The notes beneath the pieces are model-generated. The model had not been told where the DNA came from, made no database searches, and saw nothing but the letters and a program-made list of their open reading frames with translations. From NCBI GenBank assembly GCA_028023455.1, contig JAQFVV010000007.1:18042001-18106000 (forward strand): a stretch of DNA of 64,000 nt, written 5' to 3'. The first letter of the stretch is position 1. Each line of letters starts with the position of its first letter. Shown one piece after another: positions 55,300-64,000 of this stretch. The translations under genes and the position numbers were made by a program. This stretch comes from Epiperipatus broadwayi. Lineage: Eukaryota; Animalia; Onychophora.

Positions 55300-55570
55300 A
55301 TGTATATTGCTGAGTCTATTAATATATGGTATGGATAAAGTGTTTTCAGACCCATATAGCTATTTAAGTTAGCTAGTCTGGATTTGAAGACATATAGGTA
55401 TCTGAAAATTTCAGATTTTCTACTTGATAGTTAGATATTAGATAAGTGCTGGCTTTGAGTTAGTATTTTAGATCTAGTGTCTGAATATCCTAGCACATCA
55501 CTGACATGAGCCATAAGCTTGAAACTGGTTTGAGTATAGAGATAATTCTAGATAGAGATTTTTAAATGCT
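55300..55570 (+). mobile_element. Old diverged relative of family A next to the young array
   Basis: cagacccatatagctat..tttgaagac..tagatctag..cactgacatgagccataagcttgaaac is co-linear with the 401-bp unit; a similar copy lies at 31200-31535 (-). Confidence 0.75.
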
Positions 55571-56219
55571 TTCTCCTGTGACACTCATCAATAAAAGCTT
55601 GTTAGAGCTCTTAGCTTGCTCTCTATATTACATATGTATATAATAGTGCTAATATAAACAAACAATACAATCTTATATGCACTTTGCACAATGGGAATAT
55701 ACATCATTCCACACTCTTAAAAATCACTGACAATTTTGATTATTCAATCCTCTTCAGAATCATAACTCTTACAAACTATTCTTCCATATCACATTGAACA
55801 TGTGAAACAAAATTTTCATACATATTTAAAAAATGATATGATTTGAATCATTTTATGGTTGAAGATGGTAAATGTATAACTGACTCTGAACACTGTAATA
55901 TGGTCCTAGAGGTGAACATCCATGTTTTTTTTTTATAAAATGAAATTGAATTGTTACTGTTTTTACAAAAAAAAAACCTATCACCAATTTGCTTGGCATA
56001 GAAAAATTCTTAATGAGTCAGCTTAATTGATATTTTGATGTCACCTCACTCATCTTTCTCAGAGCAAATGTTTTTATAAAAAAAGGCCTGTGACACTTTT
56101 TAAAAAATAATAGTAATAATGTACTAAGTAAAAGACTGAAGGAGATGTCTTTATAAGGATAAAATGCTCTGAATTTTTTTTACTGTTTTTTTAAATCTAT
56201 GTAAATTATATGTTTAAAC

Positions 56220-56445
56220 AGACGGATTTGAACTCAGAATTTTTCAGTCTATTCATCCACCACTCTATCTCAAGCAACCTATACATATGCCCACACACAT
56301 GGTAAAGAAATGCATGATCTCCAAACCACAAATTTCATGCAGAACCAGTACTCATCAGTTGGGCCAGATCATAATCTTCTCACACATATATTCAATCAGT
56401 GCTTGTAATTTTTGCAAAAACATTAGTAAGAGTGAGAAACACTCA
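56220..56445 (-). mobile_element. Family B copy with HHR core (56316-56370) and downstream B-box-like GAGTTCAAATCC
   Basis: The minus strand reads GATCT-GGC-CCAA-CTGATGA-GTAC-TGGTTCT-GCAT-GAAA..TTGG-AGATC; ggatttgaactc on + at 56224-56235. Confidence 0.75.
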
Positions 56446-57769
56446 ATATTCAAATTAAGGCTACTCTTCATATAATATAATAATCTGGAATGTAGATACT
56501 GAAAGTACACCCCCCTTGCTTTAACATTATTATTTGCTTCCAATTAATCATAGTCTTTGGAGGTTCTGGAACTCAAGGTCCATGGCTTTCAATTCAATCT
56601 TTGACATTTCTAAACTTTTGAGACATAAAGCTATTTGATTTTTTTTTGTATACAAGTCAACTGTCTTCTCATTTTTTTACTATTAAAGTCAGTTCTATTT
56701 TAGTTCTTTAATGCCAGAATGAATTCAAACCTATTCATTTCCTTTTCTACCATTGTTTGTATTCCTAAAGTCCTTCTTTAAATATTTCTTTGTATTATTT
56801 TCAATCTTTGCGCCATTTTTTAATTCCAATTTTTTTGGAAGAGCTACTGAAGCTGTTTAAAATATAGCACTGGAAACTGGCAAATAGTTCTCCATTTCAT
56901 TTTCTTATTTCTTGTCTTTCATTCATTTTACTAGGTTCTACAATCTAAAGAAAGAATTATTATTATTATTATTATTTTTTGTTTGTTTTACAATATAAAT
57001 AAATAATTATTATCGTTTTTTTTTAATCCTGTTGTCTTCATCCCTTTCAACATAGAATGGCTCCATGGCATAGAAATGAGCCTATCCATTGCCTTTTCTC
57101 ATAACGCGGGTTCAAATTCAGGTCAGGAAAATTTGGAAAATATTTTCAGGTTGCACACAGACTTTTTTTTTTCCTTTAAGCTGATAAATCATAACTAGTA
57201 CCAAGAGAGTAAAACAAGAATGTAAATAACCAATCTGGTGAGTAATGACTTCTCCTTTACAGTTTCACCAGAGGGCAGATTAGAGGTGTTGTTCATAGTG
57301 CCTATTTAAATAAAGATTTCTTTTACTTAATTGGTTAGCGTCCTTATTAGCTTATTACCATTAGAATTATGAATTACTGAAATTTTAATAATTGTTAGAT
57401 GGCGGAGGGAGTAATAAACAACTACACCACACCATTCACTAAAGACCAAAGTGTTTTTGTTATAATATGAAGGTTGGAAGATGATTTTTTTATTTTCTTT
57501 TCCACCACATCTCAGCACAATTATATATATACAAGTTATAAAAAACAACGAAAGACAGCAGACAGTTTGGTGGTACCGTAACATTATCTTAAGTAACGAT
57601 AAGAGAATACTTGTCTTTATAGATAAGAGAATACTTAATCTTCAGAGTTTTTAATTAGGCTTAAAAGCATGCAGCGTATAAAGCGGAGAGCTATAGTCTA
57701 TATTAATCCTTAGAGATAAGACAAACTATATGCATTTTGTGTAAATGCACTCTATGAACTTAACCGCAT

Positions 57770-58235
57770 TCTAAATTGTCAATTCTCTGAAAATTAGAAG
57801 GGCATCTATTATACCAAATAAAACTTAAAACCAGAGTCTTGTTCTCAATCCAGTTTTTTTAATATTAAGGTGTTATAGAAAAGGAACATTTTTTGGATGA
57901 CTGACCTGATGCTTAATTTGCTGAAAGAATTTTTTTGTAAATTAATTATTTCAACAAATAGTATCTATGGCCAAATTTATTTTATGGACTAAGAGGGTGA
58001 CTGAGGTCAAGATAAAAAAAAAAGCCGAAGGAGAAGAAAGAGTATATATAGATTTACAAAAAGCTTTAATTTGTTTATTCGTAATTTTAAAAGGAGCACA
58101 TGTATCAAATATAGCAGCTATGATAATTGAGATATTTGGAACACAGTATTTATTAATGGACCCTACCATAGGCTTAACATTAAACTCACTATCAAGGGAA
58201 AATAGTATTAAATATCTCATTACAAGTCAATGACC
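57770..58235 (+). mobile_element. Decayed non-LTR RT fragment
   Basis: RASIIP (WK.A.IIP-like) at ~57800 and VYIDLQKAL (D..KAFD-like) at ~58040. Confidence 0.45.
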
Positions 58236-58297
58236 TTTACAGTTAGTGATACTGGTTAGAGAAAGTCTTTGCATTTTTTTTTTAATTATATGTCAAA

Positions 58298-58369
58298 TGC
58301 GTTGACCGGAAAGCGAACCCGGGCCAGCTGCTTGGAAGGCAGCTATGCTAACCACTAGGCCACCAACGC
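58298..58369 (-). tRNA. tRNA-Gly(TCC)-like sequence, most likely a SINE or retro-pseudogene copy (element 58272-58375)
   Basis: GCGTTGGTGGCCTAGTGGTTAGCATAGCTGCCTTCCAAGCAGCTGGCCCGGGTTCGCTTTCCGGTCAACGCA: Gly-TCC identity but A58>C, C61>T and a weak D stem; GTCAA leader, TTTGACA trailer, poly(A), and 9-bp TSD AAGTCTTTG (58263-58271 / 58376-58384). Confidence 0.85.
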
Positions 58370-58399
58370 TTGACAAGTCTTTGTTTTTTTTTCCTATTT

Positions 58400-61200
58400 T
58401 TGTATTAAGTTTAACTAACGATCGATAGTTATATATCCGTTATTCAAATGATAATTGAAGGGTTAGCTAACTTTGATTACGAACTGGCTAATTGAAAGAA
58501 AAAAAATGTTTGTTAAAAATTCTGTTATTTAAATTTTTTATCTGAATTCACACCCCATATCACGAGAAGAGCAGCTGGATATACTATCTCCTACACCATG
58601 TTACACACCGAAATGATACCTTAAACTAGCTCATTGTACCTAATTTTTGGCTAGAGAGTGTTTTTTAATTTTATTTTATGCATATAAAAGAGGATGTTCA
58701 TGTACAATTATCCGAGATGATGATCAATTGCTATAACTTTGAGTTTGATAATTACATTTTGTACCAGTAAGAGAATCGTCATGGCAAAAGTACCCCTTGT
58801 AATGATCAATTGCTATACTGTCTGTGTCTTCTTGGCGCCTCTTTTGTTTACTTCGTAATTTTTATCTGCCTTCAGGCAAAGCAATTACATTCATACCATA
58901 CATGAATTAATTTTCATTGTTATAGTGTAAATGCAATTCTTGCAAAAATTAAATTATGTAAAGTTGTAAACCGTAAATAAATCTTATTTCTATATGCATA
59001 TATATAATTATTTAGTGTAATTGTTTTTATCATAAATATAAATTGTAATTCGGACGTAGTATTATATTTAAACTTCTTAATACATTTTAAAAGAAGTCAT
59101 TCTTTTTTTAAAAAAAGTACATTTTAAATATCAGAAGAAAGAATATTTTATAACTTTTTATTTTTATCGTCAATCATTAATTTAGGCAGTTGAAACTACC
59201 CTCTCGTTCGTGCAACTCATAGCTCTGTTATTAAGGGAGTGTCTTCCGAGAACGTATAATCTATATGTCCACAATATACATATTTAATATAATTTGTAGA
59301 TCAATTATTGAAGTCTTTTTTTATTTTTATAGAAAATATATTATATACTGGTATTGCCGTTTCTCTCTCTCCTTAATTTATAAAATTTGTAACTTTGCAG
59401 TATAATGTCTTCTTAATTTATATACTCTGTAATATCTGTGTGTGTATTATCATCATCTCTCCCTAGCTTTGGTGGAAGTCTAAAAATTTTAAAAGTTTTA
59501 CATTAGTGTATTTTATATCCAACGTTTTGAAAGTATTATAATCATTACTATTAATCGGTATCGTATGACTTTTTTTTACTACAACTTTCGTAAAGAGCAT
59601 ACCACGCAATTCTAATTCTTATCTAAATTCTAATTTTAAAAATCTTTTCAGATTAAAATCCGCCAGAGATTTCAAAATGTAAATTTTGAAACGGGGGCGT
59701 TATTATGCAAGGAGATAAGGCATCAAAATTGTTGGGCTGATATGAACATTTTAATTAATAATGCACGCATCTTAATTATTTTAAATGTTTATATGCAAGT
59801 GCAATCCAAAGAGCTCAAAGTTTCTGATTTAGTTCGAAATATTGAAGTTCTAGAAAAAAAACTGTAAGACGCTGGACAACTAGGCACCGATGATGACCGT
59901 ATGCAAACTGTCACTTCTAGTACTCAAACATCACATGTTATCCCAAGCAACTAACATTGGATTATTGTTTTTATTTACTCAACCTGCCTTTAAACAAGAA
60001 CTTAACATGCGCACGTTTATATAAATAGTATCTTTCACATACACGTATTAATTAAATTCGCAATTTATACATGCAACATTTAAAACTGAAAATAAATGGC
60101 ATAAAACAAAGGAAAGAAAACGAGCCCTATTAATAACGAATTGAAAGCGACAAGGAAGTATAAAGTCCATTTTTATAACACCCATATAACAATCGGCAAG
60201 TGGAAAAGATTAAACTGGAAGTCTGTTATTGTGTTCGTGATCTCTCGGTTGAATTCTATTTCAGTATAAAAATTCATAGTGTCGAGTCACGAAGCAATTT
60301 ACAGGATGTGATATAATTAATGAATAAAAACAAAGCCGAAGAAATAAATAAAAAAAAAGGGGGGATAGGGATTAGAATATTTGGGCGTAAAATATTTTTA
60401 CTCAAAATATTAAAAAAGTCAATTTATCTATTTTTTAAAATATTTGAAAGGATAAATATATAACCTGCAAAACATATTAACACGCGGGTGTATGAGTGCG
60501 TGTCTGTAAAGTATGTTTACTTAATTCAAGAAGCAAGTATACTGATTCAAAAGATTCTGTTGATATTTCGTATTTCATTAGCTATTTTTTAAATCTTCCA
60601 TATTTTTTTTGCAATTAGAGGGGATTATATTCACGAATGATTTCTAATGATTATAATTAAACACAAATATATAAAACTCGTTGATATCTTTAAAGAGAGG
60701 TAAATTGTAAACTCAACGTCCGTAGAAACATTCGCGTGATCAACTTAAGGTACTCCAAATCGTATAATGCTGCGGCTAAAGAATTTAAAAAAACGTAGAT
60801 AACAATATAAGATTTGAAATACTGGTATTCTTCATATACCCCTATATTTATAACAATATAAACAAAGAAGTAAATATTTGATTATATTAGGCTTGAACTG
60901 TCTTCTTAGGCACGGCACAACCAAGTTGAAATTATTTTACGTTGATCATATTATTTGAGGAAAATCGTTCGAGATATTTATATGTATATTGATTTCTGAT
61001 TGTGATTTTAACACAATCATGAATATGCATATTAAAAACTTGTAAATATGCGGATGAAATGCATATGTAAAGTTACTATACGTGAGCATATATATAGTAG
61101 TACCATGAATTTTATGTGAAGTGATAAATATCAGTTCTATATATAGTATTAGAAAACCTTTATTTAAAATATCATTTGTAATTACTAAATAAAGAGAAAA
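58400..61200. promoter_or_regulatory. Long CpG-retaining, repeat-poor patch; candidate regulatory region
   Basis: CG dinucleotides are frequent throughout (e.g. gaaacgggggcgtt, ggcaccgatgatgaccg, gtcgagtcacg), and I recognised no decayed TE motifs there. Qualitative reading. Confidence 0.35.
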
Positions 61201-61699
61201 CGCAAATATGTAAGCATTTAACTTGAAATCTTAATTCCACCAAACAGGGTAAAAAAAAATGTATAAATTTCTCAGAAATGATCAAATGATCCTGATGACG
61301 ACTTCAGATCAGATAATAATATCTCGAATATTTTCTTGAGGAATGGTAACCTATAGTTTGAGAGACTTCTGCCTCTGAAAGAAAAAAAGGCAGGAAGAAA
61401 ACAATGACATTTTCTTGTCCTTTACTAGAGGGATGACTCAGATAGTCCTATAGATTCTTGTGTGAAGGTGATAAATAGTAGCATCTTTCTCCATACTGCA
61501 GTGATCATATGATGTTTTAGTGGTTTAATACCAATCATGGTGAGAGGAATGTGATTATGGTTATTAATAAATCAAACACACCAAAATGTATAGATACTGA
61601 ATTGGATTCAGGTCTGTATGGTTATACAAATGAATGGGCTTTGCTTGAATACATTAGGGTGTTTTTATTTTGGGCTCATAGCTTCACAGTTAAGTAAAA

Positions 61700-61970
61700 A
61701 GGTAAAAGGTGGGTGCAATAGGGTTGCATTGGATCTAAAGACCTAGATGCAATGCTCTCAAATATAGTTTCTCACTGATGAAAGCCCCAAGCTATAAACT
61801 AGCCTGGGGTTATTGGATGAGTAAGCACTAGATAGAGATTTTAGTGCATAGATCTTCTAGTATCCATTGATGGCTATTGCTTACACTGGATGTTACTGTA
61901 TGGAGAATTGCTGCTGTTTCAATGGATTGTGCAAGCATAAGAAATGATGGTCATGTGATGTTTTAAGTAT
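61700..61970 (+). mobile_element. Family C copy with decayed HHR
   Basis: CTGATGA(61775-61781)-AAGC-CCCAA-GCTA-TAAA-CTAGCC..TTGGATGAGTAAGCACTAGATAGAG. Confidence 0.7.
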
Positions 61971-62639
61971 AGAATGCAGATCATTTCTTAGAGCTTTTTT
62001 TATTTTATAACTAAATTTAATCTATACTTTTTACCAATCGATATATGTTGAATATGCTATGGACAGCACTTATTATTCAATATGTTAATTAAGGATTTGA
62101 ATTCACCACATTTAACCAAATTTGGCAGATCCAATTATAATTAATATACATTTGTTTCCACTTAACTGCACCATTATATGTTTGCTCCATTAAAATTTGT
62201 TTAATTGTTTTTATGTCTATGTATGTTTCTTTCTCCACTACTAATACAACAGTTATTATATTTTACATTTTAATCTTGTCTAATTTGTGACTAACCATAA
62301 GAGAATTTAATTTAGGCAATGAATTGTGACCTCTACTAAACTCAATGTCTAGACACAGCAGGTTGATGATGAAAAAAGAAAATGGCTAACAATGAGCTTG
62401 ACCAACTTTATTATCACAATATTAAATCTGCTTTTGAATAACCTCAATAATTAAACAAATGATGTAATATTGAAGGAATACTATTTACAAGATTGGCAAG
62501 AATCAATATCAGTTTGATTATTATTAGCATGCCATTTCTTATCATCTTCAAAATATGGTCTATTCAAGCAAAATAATATTTAGAATTACATCCATGATTA
62601 GTGTTTGTTTGAGAGTTTGTGATGATTGCATTTTAATAA

Positions 62640-63095
62640 TAATTGTATGTTGGACAATCTTCTTCATCTAATATTAATTATTAAATGTCTTTAAAAAGTT
62701 CAAATTTTATTTAAACTTTTTAAATACTTTCATTTGTTAGTAATATCATACATGTTAATGTATATCATAATGTTTCAAGAGGTATTATGCTCTTCTTCAG
62801 GTGTTGCTAGCCTAACCAGTATGAGAATCAAAGCTGGATCTTTAGATTTGTGAATATTGAAAGTAATGTGATACTCTAACCAACTAAGCTAAGATGATGC
62901 TTTTATCAACTAGGCATCAACTGGTTGGTCAGAACATAATCTTAAATTTAATATTCACAAATCTAAAGAGCTCAAGTTCTCTGGTGAGGTCAGCAACATC
63001 TGGAAAAAAAATACTACTACTTGATAAATTGTGTATACACTAACCTATGCACTATTACTAACAGTTGAATGTATTTGAAAAGTTTTAATATTAGA
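62640..63095. mobile_element. Second tRNA-headed HHR foldback of the 50-kb family, with two head-to-head tRNA-like heads
   Basis: Left arm (-) TAGCTTAGTTGGTTAGAG..AATCTAAAG and CTGAAGA-AGAG-CATAATAC-CTCTT-GAAAC (62772-62800); right arm (+) TGGTTGGTCAGAAC..AATCTAAAG. Confidence 0.7.
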
Positions 63096-63149
63096 TTATG
63101 GAAATAAATATTAATAGAAATGACCAATTGTGTTTTTGAATAGACTAGA

Positions 63150-64000
63150 TCAATTTATCAAATGTCTATTGTAAATAGATTTTACATCTTGTCAACAGGT
63201 ACTATAATAAAGCAGTCATCAACATACTCAATAAAGATAGTTTTTTGGCACCAAATCTGCTACCATAACCAATTTCTTAAGTGAAGACCTCCTCACTAGC
63301 ACCATCTAGCGAAAGCTTAAAAATCAATTGATTACCAGGTGCACATAAAAAAACTTATCTTTAGCATGTAAAGCCCTAGCCTCAGACTCATTTCTGACTT
63401 TTTTTTTATCAATAAGGTTTGGGAGCAAAGTTGAAAAGAATACAGATATATGTTTAACAACTGTCTTCAACTCTACTTTACCTCTTAATCTGACATTGTC
63501 TTCCAACATTCTGACTTCAATTTCAGGTTTCATCTTGACAGGTAAAGTGTAGTTAAAAAATGATTGCTGGTTGCATGTCCTTTCAACATTAAATCCCAAG
63601 TTTTATTGAAAAAGTCCAACACCAGAAACAAATCTGGATTTATGTGTACCTGATAATCAATAATATTTCAAGCTTATACTAGATGGCACTAGTCTGGTAA
63701 GCTTCTCTTTCCTTATAATTTTTAAGCTGGACAATTTGGTGACTTGCTGTATATTACTGTAATATTTCTAACTGGGGAAATGAGGTTCCTACAATTAATG
63801 GAAATACTGAAGATACTAAACTGTACAGTTTGTGAGCTGAATTTAGATATGTACAACTGGTCCTGTGGGTGACTTGAAGTCAAAATTTTAGAGTGATGGG
63901 GAATTTCAGATTTTTTGGACGAACAGATGAAATGGAGTTAAGGGTTGTTTCTGGATGCATATCTGGATTTCCTCAATCCCAAACCTCATTCATAGAAGAA
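63150..64000 (-). mobile_element. Probable Penelope-type reverse transcriptase remnant
   Basis: Minus-strand IFIEYVDDCFIIVPVDK (~63190-63240) followed by NLFTID, resembling the PLE RT YVDD and downstream FTIE motifs; upstream sequence is too decayed to align by eye. Confidence 0.5.

Noticed and set aside
57070-57100. U1 snRNA-like stretch (GCCTATCCATTGC)
   Set aside because: Only about 13 nt match and there is no U1 5' end or Sm site; the context with GGGTTCAAATTC looks like a decayed tRNA-type SINE head.
58298-58369. Functional tRNA-Gly(TCC) gene
   Set aside because: A58 and C61 are altered, and it has a poly(A) tail, a TSD and flanks shared with four other dispersed copies.
62600-62645. 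Second RT YVDD-like motif (RVCDDCILI) on the plus strand
   Set aside because: The same nucleotides occur at ~49990 as the outer end of the foldback family and resemble a TGATGATGG hammerhead-type remnant; RT origin is not supported.

Overview
A very AT-rich, CpG-depleted animal-type window that is mostly non-coding. I could not assemble a host protein-coding gene, and the supplied ORFs are transposon remnants or chance ORFs. It contains many decayed LINE fragments (RTE/RTE-X, BovB-like, Vingi-like and CCHC-finger 3' ends), a hAT MITE with a perfect 8-bp target-site duplication (TSD), a tRNA-Gly-derived short SINE (5 copies, several with TSDs) and a 73-bp minisatellite made from RTE RT sequence. 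The main signal is a set of Penelope-like-element (PLE) and hammerhead-ribozyme (HHR) sequences: (i) a young 401-bp tandem repeat at 53.7-55.3 kb with a complete minimal type I hammerhead, amplified as direct copies plus an inverted block joined through 6-nt microhomology; (ii) older HHR-bearing families of about 450 bp, one with a tRNA-like B box; (iii) a PLE GIY-YIG remnant between inverted HHR-bearing repeats and a probable PLE RT remnant; (iv) about ten foldback elements whose HHR-like cores point outward from the apex, one with a tRNA-like head at the apex. All calls are by eye; no database search, folding or alignment program was run, and boundaries of decayed elements are approximate.
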